IMG/VR virus record: IMGVR_UViG_3300037488_003116
Length of the DNA stretch: 64,000 nucleotides
Source: an uncultured virus (IMG/VR IMGVR_UViG_3300037488_003116)
Taxonomy: Duplodnaviria; Heunggongvirae; Uroviricota; Caudoviricetes
Direction: 5' to 3' (one strand)
The notes under the pieces were generated by a model, which saw only the letters and a list, made by a program, of their open reading frames with translations, did no database searches and was not told the origin of the DNA. Positions 1 through 9,421 of this stretch are shown piece after piece. The position numbers and the translations under genes are program-made. Position 1 is the first letter of the stretch, and each line of letters opens with the position of its first letter.

Positions 1-311
1 CGACCGATATCCATGCCTTTTTCTCTGCCACTGACATTGTTTCAATCCACGCACCCGTGAAGGATGCGACCCTAGATCCAGTCCATAGTTTATCGGTATA
101 TTGGTTTCAATCCACGCACCGTGAAGGTGCGACAGCATGCAAAACGTTTAATTCGAGAGGCATATAAGTTTCAATCCACGCACCCGTGAAGGTGCGACAT
201 AAAATTCGAGAGATAGCCCGTGGAGTTTTTCAATCCACGCACCCGTGAAGGTGCGACGTGATTTTCCTCTCAAAATCGTTGGGAATTTGTTTCAATCCAC
301 GCACCCGCGAT
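1..311 (-). CRISPR. Type I-C CRISPR array, running off the left edge; repeat consensus in crRNA sense GTCGCACCTTCACGGGTGCGTGGATTGAAAC
   Basis: Repeats at 39-70, 104-133, 168-198 and 227-257, a deleted copy at 289-311 and a partial copy at 1-4. Spacers are 34, 33, 34, 28 and 31 nt. The CGCACC/GGTGCG stem and ATTGAAAC 3' end are typical of I-C. Lies directly downstream of cas7. Confidence 0.97.
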
Positions 312-321
312 CCTCCGTAAA

Positions 322-333
322 TGTCAAAGAACA
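322..333 (-). promoter_or_regulatory. boxA-like antitermination element in the short array leader
   Basis: Minus strand TGTTCTTTGACA resembles the boxA consensus TGCTCTTTAACA; sits between the cas7 stop and the first repeat. Confidence 0.55.
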
Positions 334-345
334 GTGTTATGTCAA

Positions 346-1320
346 TTATTCCGTAGCTTCTTCCTCCCCTTGGGAGGCACTTTCTTTGTCCCCCGTTGAG
401 AGTACCGCTCCAAAAGCTCTGATGTCATAATACTGTCGGCAGAGAATTTTCTGAGCTAGGGCTGAAGCATCTTCTTTCGCTTCATACAGTGCTTTGACTT
501 CTGCATCTGTATCGTACGGTCGGCTGATAAGGTCGTTGAGAATCTTCCCTTCCTGGAAGAAAATTTCACGATGAGCAATGCCCTTCTGGCTCTCTATTAT
601 GAATTGCCGGATTTTTCGTTTGAGGCAGACATCAGTGACTAATCCTAAGTATGAGATAGGGTCCCGACGAGGGCGGTCATCCGCATCGGGGTCTCCGTTT
701 GGATTGCCGTTTTTAACATCAAAGAACACTATATACTCAATTCGGTTAGATATCGGCTCGAAGGTATTTGTGCCGATTGTACTAAGACAAGTACTATCAA
801 TAGTGAGCTCGGTCAACTGTACAGTCGGAGGAAGTCCCTCTCTGTCAACTTTGATTTCGTAATCCAGGAAAGACTTCGGAGATTCTTTGAATGTCGCCGA
901 AGGGGTGGCTGTAATACGGTCGAATATTTCATATGCCGGGACATTGCCGTATTTTGAATTGTGCTGGGCTTTAAAGACTTTCCGCACATACATCTCACCA
1001 CGACGAGAGGCATGATCATCTGTAAAAAGATTCATTAGGGCGCATTCGAATAGGCGAAGATCCGTGGAATCAAATCCCGATTTTTCTGCATCAGAAGGTG
1101 ATACAAAGACTCTAAATTGATACAGCGCATAACCGATCCGATGTTTGGTGCCCATAGTCTGAGCTTTGTCACTGTCTTTTTCATTAGTGACCATGCTACG
1201 GGTAATAGACATTGAATCAATAACGATCGGATGAAGGGATTCTGCCATTGTTAGTTGGACAGGACCACGGACCCGACCGGCAGTTTTACGGAAAGCTTTC
1301 TTGGCAGTTTTTTGAGCCAT
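346..1320 (-). CDS. cas7c: Type I-C Cas7 (Csd2), circularly permuted
   Basis: Contains Csd2 motifs GRVRGPVQLT, SITR, TMGTKH, RGEM, NGNPNGDPD, VTDVCLKRKIR and DIRAFGAV, with the two halves in swapped order. Confidence 0.95.
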   Translation of the reverse strand: MAQKTAKKAFRKTAGRVRGPVQLTMAESLHPIVIDSMSITRSMVTNEKDSDKAQTMGTKHRIGYALYQFRVFVSPSDAEKSGFDSTDLRLFECALMNLFTDDHASRRGEMYVRKVFKAQHNSKYGNVPAYEIFDRITATPSATFKESPKSFLDYEIKVDREGLPPTVQLTELTIDSTCLSTIGTNTFEPISNRIEYIVFFDVKNGNPNGDPDADDRPRRDPISYLGLVTDVCLKRKIRQFIIESQKGIAHREIFFQEGKILNDLISRPYDTDAEVKALYEAKEDASALAQKILCRQYYDIRAFGAVLSTGDKESASQGEEEATE

Positions 1321-1362
1321 AAAGAAACTCCTTGAATGAAGGTTAGTGAATATAATTTTCTG

Positions 1363-1731
1363 TCAGTTTGCGGACTTTTTGTATCGTTCTTGAGTCTGAT
1401 GATAGAGACCTAACACATATTCCGCTTGTTGCTCCATTGACAACATTAGCGGTACTTGATCCATTTTGCAGACAATTTGAGACAACTTTTTACTAAAATA
1501 CACATACAGGCCACGATTAATTCTTCTCAACTTCGCCAAATGAGCCTGTACTTTATCGTCGAGATCTTTGAGCATCATTCCAGGTGTCGTACCTAATGAG
1601 GCACGATAGCGATCATTGAAAGATTTATTAGGGCCTCCATGACCTATTGACGCTTCCTGGATCTCATTGGCTACTACCAGAAAACGTCCCAGTAGATAAC
1701 CGATACCTGTGGCTTCTTCGTCCAATCCCAT
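1363..1731 (-). CDS. cas11: Cas11c small subunit from an internal in-frame start in cas8c
   Basis: AAGGAG Shine-Dalgarno 7 nt before the in-frame ATG of MGLDEEATGIGYLLGR; 122 aa. Internal Cas11 translation is established for type I-C. Confidence 0.75.
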   Translation of the reverse strand: MGLDEEATGIGYLLGRFLVVANEIQEASIGHGGPNKSFNDRYRASLGTTPGMMLKDLDDKVQAHLAKLRRINRGLYVYFSKKLSQIVCKMDQVPLMLSMEQQAEYVLGLYHQTQERYKKSAN

Positions 1732-3060
1732 ATCGAACTCCTTTCTTCCTTCTTTTCGGTATTTACGGTTAAGATATCCTTTGACAAGAGCTATGCGACT
1801 ACGACGCATACCTTTTGGTTTGAGACATATTTCTATTGAAGTATGGACTGCGTGATATGGGTATTGTTCCCCTTCGAGGACTGATTGTAAGAGCGCCTGA
1901 TAAATAGACTTGTGAGGAATTTCATTACTGCCGTTACCAATGCATGCCCAGGCCAGACTTTTTAAGGATATTTGGTAGGGGTCAATCGCGATATCCTTAA
2001 CATGCTGATGAATCTTTTTGACAATATCTTCTATAGTGTGCTCGAAAAAATGTCGCATATAGATCCGGCCATTATTTCCGGACAGCACTGCCAGGCAGAA
2101 ACGGTCATCAGCCGGGCCCTCCTCTGTAGGTAGATCGGGCATTATCCCATTGCGGATGGCCTCTATTGCATTCTTGAGAATGGCCTCAGTTTCTTCCTCA
2201 TTTTTATTGAGGATATAGTTCACTATTCGACAAATGAGCCCATTCTTTTTTCTGGAAGTCCATAATACTACTGTGTCTTCTCCAAGGACTGAACGATGGT
2301 TCGTATCAGGCCCTGTGAGGAAATAATTGAGTACCGTTCGATAACCAAACTCAGCCTCACAGCTTATGGGGGCAATATCAGCATCATAGGAGACATGCGA
2401 AGGCCTGTTGAAGCTGACAAAGGACCCACCTGTAGGGGCTGTTCCCTGGACGCCTTTTATTTTTCCATGGCATTTTTTTAGCCCCCCAACCTTTCCGGTT
2501 ATCGTACAAAAGCCAGTTATGTCAGGACTTTTATTAATACCTTCCCAGTATTTCACCAGTCTGGGTATCTCATGCAGATATTTACCCCCTACCCGAAGGA
2601 GAATGAAACCATCCCTGTATTTGTTATCACTCACTGCCTTATCTAAAGCCTCTTTAATAATTGGATCGGCACAGTCCCTCCAACTGGTTAGAAAGACAGT
2701 CAGAGCAAGTAACTCGGGGACATGGGTTTTGTCGTAAATGTCCTGGTGTTGCAGGATGAATTGATCCAGATTCTTAGACCCATTTTTATGCACATTATAG
2801 ACTATTTCTTTGCCCTGTATGGCACAACCCCAAACATATTTTAAATTATCATGAAAGTAGCAGGCTTTTACACCACTAGTCCTGACACCCATATCTGGTA
2901 ACCGGGCTGGCTTATTAGCCACTTGAAAAGAAATAAACTCACCAGCTAAATTAATATCCAAACAGTAGGGTGCTTTTTGATCGGCATAACCATACGAGGG
3001 GAAGTTTATGTCCTTGTCATTTTTGTGCACCTGGAAATAGTCATAGAGTTGTTTGATCAT
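1363..3060 (-). CDS. cas8c: Type I-C large subunit Cas8c (Csd1)
   Basis: 565 aa; motifs RTSGVKA..DNLKYV, CTITG, H.KIKGV, FVSFN, LSGNNGRI, GYLLGR and YVLGLYHQ; lies between cas5c and cas7c. Confidence 0.95.
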   Translation of the reverse strand: MIKQLYDYFQVHKNDKDINFPSYGYADQKAPYCLDINLAGEFISFQVANKPARLPDMGVRTSGVKACYFHDNLKYVWGCAIQGKEIVYNVHKNGSKNLDQFILQHQDIYDKTHVPELLALTVFLTSWRDCADPIIKEALDKAVSDNKYRDGFILLRVGGKYLHEIPRLVKYWEGINKSPDITGFCTITGKVGGLKKCHGKIKGVQGTAPTGGSFVSFNRPSHVSYDADIAPISCEAEFGYRTVLNYFLTGPDTNHRSVLGEDTVVLWTSRKKNGLICRIVNYILNKNEEETEAILKNAIEAIRNGIMPDLPTEEGPADDRFCLAVLSGNNGRIYMRHFFEHTIEDIVKKIHQHVKDIAIDPYQISLKSLAWACIGNGSNEIPHKSIYQALLQSVLEGEQYPYHAVHTSIEICLKPKGMRRSRIALVKGYLNRKYRKEGRKEFDMGLDEEATGIGYLLGRFLVVANEIQEASIGHGGPNKSFNDRYRASLGTTPGMMLKDLDDKVQAHLAKLRRINRGLYVYFSKKLSQIVCKMDQVPLMLSMEQQAEYVLGLYHQTQERYKKSAN

Positions 3061-3689
3061 CTTTTCACCTTTGGGTCATTGGGGGGCGGTACAGACATAT
3101 AGCCATCGACAATCTCGGCTTTAAAGAAAGCTGGAGTATAGGTCCCGTAATCTATACTATGAAGTACATACCCTAGCTCCTTTTTACCTTGTAGAGCTGA
3201 TTGTGGTATCTCGTTTTCACGTATGGGCTGAAATAAGTCTACCGAGAACTCTCGACACCCAAAGTAGGGGTGCCTGAAACATTGACCCCTGCTAGCCCTG
3301 CGAAGAAAAATAGAAAGGTGCTTACCGGGGTTATCCGTTCCAGAAACAACTTCGAAATGTGCTTCAATGACATAATCCACATTAGTCAGGATCGTGGCAT
3401 TACGCTGGTCGCGCATTTTCTCACAATCGAAGGGCTTCTGAGACTTATTTAGTACGTTACGTTGTGAGATCTTGTTTTTTATACCGTTTCGCAGAAGGGA
3501 GATTGTTTTGATGGGGTTGAGTACATAAATGCCATCAACTACCCATTTCATTTCTGGTTTGCGATAGATGCACTCAAGAATGGCCTTTGCAGCAGTAGGT
3601 GTCATTACATCATAAGTGACAGATTCTGCCTTGAGGTCGGGCCTGGTGAAACAGGCCCATCGTCCTGACACACGTAATAAAACGGGCAT
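3057..3689 (-). CDS. cas5c: Type I-C Cas5 (Cas5d), crRNA-processing subunit
   Basis: Motifs WACFTRPDLKAESVTYDVMTPTAA, VLNPIK, VDYVIEAHF and GQCF..PYFGCREF. Confidence 0.96.
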   Translation of the reverse strand: MPVLLRVSGRWACFTRPDLKAESVTYDVMTPTAAKAILECIYRKPEMKWVVDGIYVLNPIKTISLLRNGIKNKISQRNVLNKSQKPFDCEKMRDQRNATILTNVDYVIEAHFEVVSGTDNPGKHLSIFLRRASRGQCFRHPYFGCREFSVDLFQPIRENEIPQSALQGKKELGYVLHSIDYGTYTPAFFKAEIVDGYMSVPPPNDPKVKR

Positions 3690-3900
3690 AATTATCTACT
3701 CCTTATGTTACCCAAAAAAGTCTTTCATTTGGTTTTTATTTCTTGCAGAATCCATGAGAAGAACGATTTTATGGAAAGCATTCTGATAGCGGGTTCGTTT
3801 CTCTTTGTCCGGGAGGGCTTCAATCTGCCCTTGAATCGGGAATAGTGCCAAGGACAATTTGTCTGAAGAACAGGTTTCATAAGCCATGCTTGCAATAATT

Positions 3901-4179
3901 TTAAGGCACAGACTCAGTACTTCCTGAAGCTCTTCTTTTGAGTATTCGTTGGCGGTAAACGTTTCCGATTGTCGAGCTACAGCCCGCTCCAAAGGCTGGG
4001 TAGAATTCCCAGTCGGGCCTCTTGATAATCTCTTCGTATTTTCCACATTTATACCCGTCGCCTTCCGGGGTTAAAAAGACACACTGTTTTCTGTCCGCAT
4101 CATACTCCCCGTATCCACAGGGAGTATGACAGCAGAATCCGCAATTAACGCATGCTCGGATGGTCATAAGCTCACTCAA
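3901..4179 (-). CDS. Cysteine-cluster (YkgJ-like Zn/Fe-chelating) small protein
   Basis: CxxCGxCC, CVFL, C and C pattern. Confidence 0.5.
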   Translation of the reverse strand: MSELMTIRACVNCGFCCHTPCGYGEYDADRKQCVFLTPEGDGYKCGKYEEIIKRPDWEFYPAFGAGCSSTIGNVYRQRILKRRASGSTESVP

Positions 4180-4547
4180 GCATTACGTTTCCTTTAAAAT
4201 CTAAGAAGCAGTGCTTCGGAAAAAGCATCGTCTGCCCTCTATCGTCTGTTAATTCATAGTGTCGGCCACAAATTACCATTGGGTAGACTTTACCAGTTGT
4301 AAGATCTAATTTTCGGGAATAGCCGGGAGATGACCCGACCCAACACGAATCATCTATGCAAAGTACCTCATTCTCGTTAAGGGCCATCCACGGTTCCCAG
4401 GCACTCGGGGCATCAGCCATTAAACACCCACTATTCTTAAAATAACGACACGTATCATCCGTGTCCTCCTGCCCCCGGAAAAATTTGCACCTGGGATGCC
4501 TTTTGCAAGTTTCTTTTATCATTAATAGATCGTTCATAAATACTCCA

Positions 4548-5204
4548 TTATTCAAAGTTAGTAGCACACCCTTTGCACAAGGGTATCTCGTGTCCATGCA
4601 TGGCCTTACCACATCCGATGCATGTCTTCTGACCTTGCGCAGGCTGCATGACCCCCTCTTGAGGCACGGCATTGATGTTTTCATAAGCAAGTCGCTGTAG
4701 CTCGTTTTTGTACGCCTCAAGTTCCGCACCTCTGACAACTTTATCCGGCCTCGCGAGAATCGGATGGTCGGCCACTACCCTGTAGCTTTTTTGGTCCTCG
4801 ATCAGCTTATCAGCAAATTTAAAAAACAACAGAGAGACTTTCGGGCTTTTCTCACTCCAGGCCAGGCCTCGATATATGGCAATTGCATACTCAGGCAGGC
4901 CAAGGGCTGCCCGGACAGAATCCAGAACACCAAGCCAGTCCTGAGACCTAATCTGTTGATAGAGTAATATTTTCCTGCCTTCTACTTGCTCTACTCTATA
5001 GTACATGCTTTGGCCATAGAGCATGTACAAATCACCTCCCAGATTATGCGCCCATCTAGACTCCTCCTCATTTAATAGATGCTCCATCTCCATTAATATT
5101 TCACGAAGACTATCCCCCTCGTCGTTGCCCTTGTATTCATTACGAGCCATTTCTTCATGAAGATTAACGAGGCAGTCTATGTAGATATCAAATTGTTCAC
5201 TCAT
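4548..5204 (-). CDS. Hypothetical protein
   Basis: 218-aa ORF coupled to its neighbours; C-terminal CxxC...CxxC. Confidence 0.6.
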   Translation of the reverse strand: MSEQFDIYIDCLVNLHEEMARNEYKGNDEGDSLREILMEMEHLLNEEESRWAHNLGGDLYMLYGQSMYYRVEQVEGRKILLYQQIRSQDWLGVLDSVRAALGLPEYAIAIYRGLAWSEKSPKVSLLFFKFADKLIEDQKSYRVVADHPILARPDKVVRGAELEAYKNELQRLAYENINAVPQEGVMQPAQGQKTCIGCGKAMHGHEIPLCKGCATNFE

Positions 5205-5896
5205 GAAAATTGATCCCTTTCATCCTCCAGAGGAAGCCTCTGAGGGTTATGTTGGTCGCCATTCTCCAGAAGGGGATTCTTAGGAGCTTCTTCTCGTAAG
5301 GTCTCAAGACCCACACTCCGGATCTTCCCTTCAACGAAGGACTCAAATTCAATCTTCGCACTGGAAACGACATTGCCCATGTGCTCGGAGAAGGACTGAG
5401 CCACAAAGGGCATGTTGGACTGAATCTCCTGACGGATGCCTTTCAGTCGGTTCAACAAATGGGAAACGTCCTTTTTAGAAATTGCTTTCTGGGTCCCTAT
5501 TGACTCAGTCTCATCGATAAGCTGATTCATACAATCCATGACTTCATCAACCTTAGTCTTGAACTCATGATCAAAGAGATCGCGATCGTTCTTATAAGGT
5601 GGCTCTTCAATTCCTTCGCCCTGTAATCTCCTGATAGTTACCGGGGTACCTGATCCGACGTTTAAAGACGTGATCATTTCAGCAAACTGGGATGGGGACA
5701 TTTCAACCCTGATAATTTCCTTATCCGCTAAATGCCAGTCCCGGCTCAGGTCTCTGTGATATTCTGAGGTGTATATGCGGAGCTGAATGGTTTCTCGGCA
5801 TTCATTAGAGGTCCCATACAACGGGGATCTTTTACTGGAAGTTACCCGGCAGATTTGAATTTGTCCGTATGACGGATGCCGATCTACATTAGACAT
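5201..5896 (-). CDS. Hypothetical phage protein
   Basis: 231-aa ORF with overlapping start/stop coupling to neighbours. Confidence 0.65.
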   Translation of the reverse strand: MSNVDRHPSYGQIQICRVTSSKRSPLYGTSNECRETIQLRIYTSEYHRDLSRDWHLADKEIIRVEMSPSQFAEMITSLNVGSGTPVTIRRLQGEGIEEPPYKNDRDLFDHEFKTKVDEVMDCMNQLIDETESIGTQKAISKKDVSHLLNRLKGIRQEIQSNMPFVAQSFSEHMGNVVSSAKIEFESFVEGKIRSVGLETLREEAPKNPLLENGDQHNPQRLPLEDERDQFS

Positions 5897-6943
5897 AAAT
5901 TTTATCCTCCAGTTTCTTTATACTTCTCAATAGATTTTCATAGTATTCTTTTTTGGCACGTCGCCAACGATTCCGGATATCTTTGATCATACAGCTTGTC
6001 CCCTCAACCATACCTGCTACAGGTATTATACTTGAATAGACTATAAACCATCCCCTTAGAATCTCCTCATTGGTCATAATGACATTATGACCGAGCCAGA
6101 AGAACCCTACAAAGTAGGCTATAAGGAGAAGTGCCCACAGATAGCCTTTCATCTGTTTAAGGAATAGTTTGAGCATGTTCTGATTCCTCCACTGTAATGC
6201 ACTTTGTTTCCTGACCGGCCTGTGACATATTATACGTATGATTGACGTTATATATGTTGATTTCGATGATTTTAAAATTGAAAAGGAAGATGGAGAATGT
6301 AAACTGGGGGTTATGATCGCACTCAAATAAGTCTAGGTTTAGTAGTATTTGTGCGAATGTTATGCCATCTCGAAAAGTACGTATTGAATGGAATGCTGTG
6401 AAGTCGAGGGCATAATTCCTTGATAGTCCAATACTGCAACCAATCATAATTATTTCCTCGTTTCGGGGAAAGGTTGGTTTATCTTAACAAGTCGGGGGGT
6501 ATTTTTTCACAAGGAACACAGGTTAGGGTACGGTTGTCTATAGAGTTATCGCCATATTTCTTAACTGCAAAACAGATATTAGTTCTTTTATCTTTAGTAT
6601 AAATGATACTAGATTCTAACCAATCAATTTGAGATTGAAGTGTATCTAAATCTGAACATGATAAAAATATGGCTACTATGATAATTAGAAATTTGGTCAT
6701 TGATTCCTCATTGAAGTTTAGATAAAAAGGAACCACGGGCACAGGCCCGTGGCGGTTTACGCTTTCTTTAACTCTTCTTTCAAAGTCTGCTTCCTGTGTA
6801 GCATGACCTCTCGAAGAGCCGTTTTATAACGACTGATAACGGAATCTTTAGGGCTCTTCAAAAGATATGCATCAAGGGGTTTGAGTTTGCGTTCAATTTC
6901 ACCCAACTCTTTTTCAATCTGGCGACGCCTCATAGCTCACCCC

Positions 6944-7855
6944 TTAGACTGTTTGAAGGACTTTCTTGGCCTGGTACTTCTCGGATTTGTAGGTAGCCCA
7001 CTGAGCCCTGTGCTCCCGAATGAACTGGTCATAGGCTTCCTTATCCTGGACCTGGATCTCATTCCTGGCCACCTTGTTATGCAGACCAACACAGTAACCC
7101 GTGACCTGAAACACACTGATCTCTGACGACAGCTCTTTCTTCCTGAATGCGACACAGAGGTCAGAACTGATCTGTCCATTGCTGGGCAGGAACAGCTTTT
7201 TCAGGATCTTGGCCTTCTCATCTGCTCTCAGGTCTCGTATCTTCCGGGGCCTGTGTCCGTTCTTCGGCTTCCGGACAGCAACCGGCAGACATGCATCCCG
7301 GCGCTTGCTGACTCTGATAAAGGTCTCTTTGATCTCATCGCATTTGTGCTGAATGAAGGAGAAAGAACAATCGAGTTTTTCACAAACCTCTTCAATCTTG
7401 AGACCCTTCTGGCGATAGTCAAGAATCCTTCTATCCGTGGGAGAGAGTCTCCGTTTCACTTCCTCATAGATGCCCTGATAATCTATCTTGTTCTCAAGCT
7501 CCATCTCATTCGCCATATCATCGGGGATAGCTTCCATATCATCCTCAGAGGAGGAGGCATTCAGCTCCTGCACGTTTATCTGAGGGTAACGGGATTTCCG
7601 TTCTTGTTCTTTGTCGACAGCATGCCGGGCTACCTGCTTGGCAGTGTTGGTAAACCAGGTATGTATCTGCGTTCGAGAACTGTCATAGGCGTTCAAGAAA
7701 TTATGTCTTTCCAATCTCACAAGCATGTCCTGTTTGAGATCGCCAATCTCTATGACATGGCGATACTTCCAGGTAACGGCGTTTAAAATTCTTTCAATCT
7801 CAGGTGCATTCAGTTGATAAAATTCCCAAAATCCCTGACAATAGATGAGACTCAT
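6944..7855 (-). CDS. Sigma-70/ECF-like sigma factor with an extra C-terminal domain
   Basis: Region-2-like DLKQDMLVRL...YDSSR..IHTWF and region-4-like LSPTDRRILDYRQKGLKIEEVCEKL helix-turn-helix, plus a ~110-aa extension. Confidence 0.7.
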   Translation of the reverse strand: MSLIYCQGFWEFYQLNAPEIERILNAVTWKYRHVIEIGDLKQDMLVRLERHNFLNAYDSSRTQIHTWFTNTAKQVARHAVDKEQERKSRYPQINVQELNASSSEDDMEAIPDDMANEMELENKIDYQGIYEEVKRRLSPTDRRILDYRQKGLKIEEVCEKLDCSFSFIQHKCDEIKETFIRVSKRRDACLPVAVRKPKNGHRPRKIRDLRADEKAKILKKLFLPSNGQISSDLCVAFRKKELSSEISVFQVTGYCVGLHNKVARNEIQVQDKEAYDQFIREHRAQWATYKSEKYQAKKVLQTV

Positions 7856-7879
7856 AATATGCCTCTCTCTTTTTTTGGT

Positions 7880-8137
7880 TTATGTGAGGCGTTCAATTTC
7901 TTCCCGGACTTCTTTTATGTATTCTTCGTCCGCTTCTTTTTTCCTGTCATCTCTTTGTTGAACCTTCGTGGCTTTTCTGAATTTAGCCAGTTCTTTTTCT
8001 TTTTGTTCCTTAGAATAAAGGACACCCTGTTGTTTTATTCCTCCTCCGATATTCTCCATCCATGCACCAAGTTGCTTCAGCCATTTTCCAAGGAAATATA
8101 TGATTGCAATTATTCCAATAACAGCCAATAGAGTCAT
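7880..8137 (-). CDS. Small membrane-anchored hypothetical protein
   Basis: N-terminal hydrophobic helix followed by a charged tail. Confidence 0.55.
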   Translation of the reverse strand: MTLLAVIGIIAIIYFLGKWLKQLGAWMENIGGGIKQQGVLYSKEQKEKELAKFRKATKVQQRDDRKKEADEEYIKEVREEIERLT

Positions 8138-8179
8138 AAACTTTGCCCCCTAAATAGCTCGAAACGTAGTAAGGCTTGC

Positions 8180-8623
8180 TTAGATGCGCCGGAAGGGATT
8201 TGACATTGAAATATTCTCCCACTCGCCTTCCAAGACATCCGTCCATCCCATATCAAAGAAGATAGGATTGCTATCTTCCCTTTTCATATAGGTCAGGTAT
8301 CTCACATGGCTTGAATCTTTTGTATGAATGATGCCCATAAGAGACTCTCCCTGAGTCTCTTCACCCGTTTCAGAATTACGTTTCTTAAGGATAGAGTCCG
8401 CCAAGATTATGACAGCCTCAGCCGAAAGAGAGAGCTCTCTCAGAAATTCAGGGAGTCGATCGTAATCCGCCTCTGACGTTAACTGTATCGGTTTATGACC
8501 TACTTGATCTGCATCATCAATAGTAAAGGCAATAGGAGCGAGAAAGCCATCCCGGAGAAACATGGCCCGGGCTTGACTAATTAGCTTGTCTGCAATTGAT
8601 TTGAAATTCTCTTTCATAAGCAC
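8180..8623 (-). CDS. Hypothetical protein
   Basis: 147-aa ORF; a GGAGG overlapping the annotated start suggests initiation at the second Met. Confidence 0.6.
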   Translation of the reverse strand: MLMKENFKSIADKLISQARAMFLRDGFLAPIAFTIDDADQVGHKPIQLTSEADYDRLPEFLRELSLSAEAVIILADSILKKRNSETGEETQGESLMGIIHTKDSSHVRYLTYMKREDSNPIFFDMGWTDVLEGEWENISMSNPFRRI

Positions 8624-8861
8624 CTCCTAAATTAATTTGTGCACTAAGTATTTGGCAAGGCATTTGTGGTTTTTGACTGGCTGACTTGCCGGGGGCTATT
8701 GTGCCACCCCCCGCAAATGGTGCAGAAGTAGGGTAATATCTTGTTATCGCTATTCTCACCTATACCCTGGTTGGAATAACTTGCGAATCGCTGTGCCTTT
8801 TCTTGTGATTGAAACCGCTTCTTTTTTTCACAAACTATATTGCCCATTTTCCTCCCTCCCA

Positions 8862-9410
8862 TTAGTCAAGGATAGATTTGAGGTACTCGGAAGAAGGAAT
8901 CCATGTCTTGGAATCGAGCGAGAAAACCTCGTCAACACTCTTCATGAAGAGATAGGAATGCGTTGTCAGGATTATCTGGCAGTTGTTTTTGACAATGTCT
9001 TTAAAGCAATTAAAGATCTTCTTCTGATTTGTCAAGGAGATCCCTGCCTCGGGCTCATCAACAAACAGAATGGTATCTTTGAAATCCTTTGAAGCCATGA
9101 GAACAGGAAGCATAGCCTCGCCATGAGACCCGAATCTGGCGGCAATGGCGAAGCCATAATTTGGTTGAAGCTCAGGGTTGAGTGTCCTTGGATTTTGTTT
9201 CTCAGTATCAAAGAACCGGAATGAGATCTTATCAGCCTCTAACGAGAAAAGATTCTTGTCACTGTCCCCGGTAATGAGATGAATGGTAGAAGACTTGCCG
9301 GAGCCATTCTCTCCGACAAGTACATTGATTCCGTCTTTGAAATCAATCGTGAATGGTTTGATGCCCCTGTACTCTTTTTTAAGGGTGAACTTTTTTAAAT
9401 GCCGACTCAT
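8862..9410 (-). CDS. Small ABC-type ATPase (AAA_21/SMC-like)
   Basis: Walker A GENGSGKS, signature SHGE, Walker B LFVDEPE and H-loop TTHS. Confidence 0.85.
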   Translation of the reverse strand: MSRHLKKFTLKKEYRGIKPFTIDFKDGINVLVGENGSGKSSTIHLITGDSDKNLFSLEADKISFRFFDTEKQNPRTLNPELQPNYGFAIAARFGSHGEAMLPVLMASKDFKDTILFVDEPEAGISLTNQKKIFNCFKDIVKNNCQIILTTHSYLFMKSVDEVFSLDSKTWIPSSEYLKSILD

Positions 9411-9421
9411 GCCTTCTCCTT

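Noticed and set aside
245..430. 61-aa plus-strand ORF over the array and cas7 end
   Set aside because: It translates the CRISPR repeat (FQSTHP) and is antisense to cas7, so it is a shadow ORF.
3708..4046. Possible cas3 or cas4 remnant upstream of cas5c
   Set aside because: No HD, helicase or RecB-like motifs; the ORF partly overlaps the cysteine-cluster gene.
7855..7867. 12/13-nt match of the 134-167 spacer 5' end to the sigma gene start region
   Set aside because: Short, mismatched at position 2 and without a TTC PAM, so compatible with chance. An exhaustive self-target search was not possible by eye.
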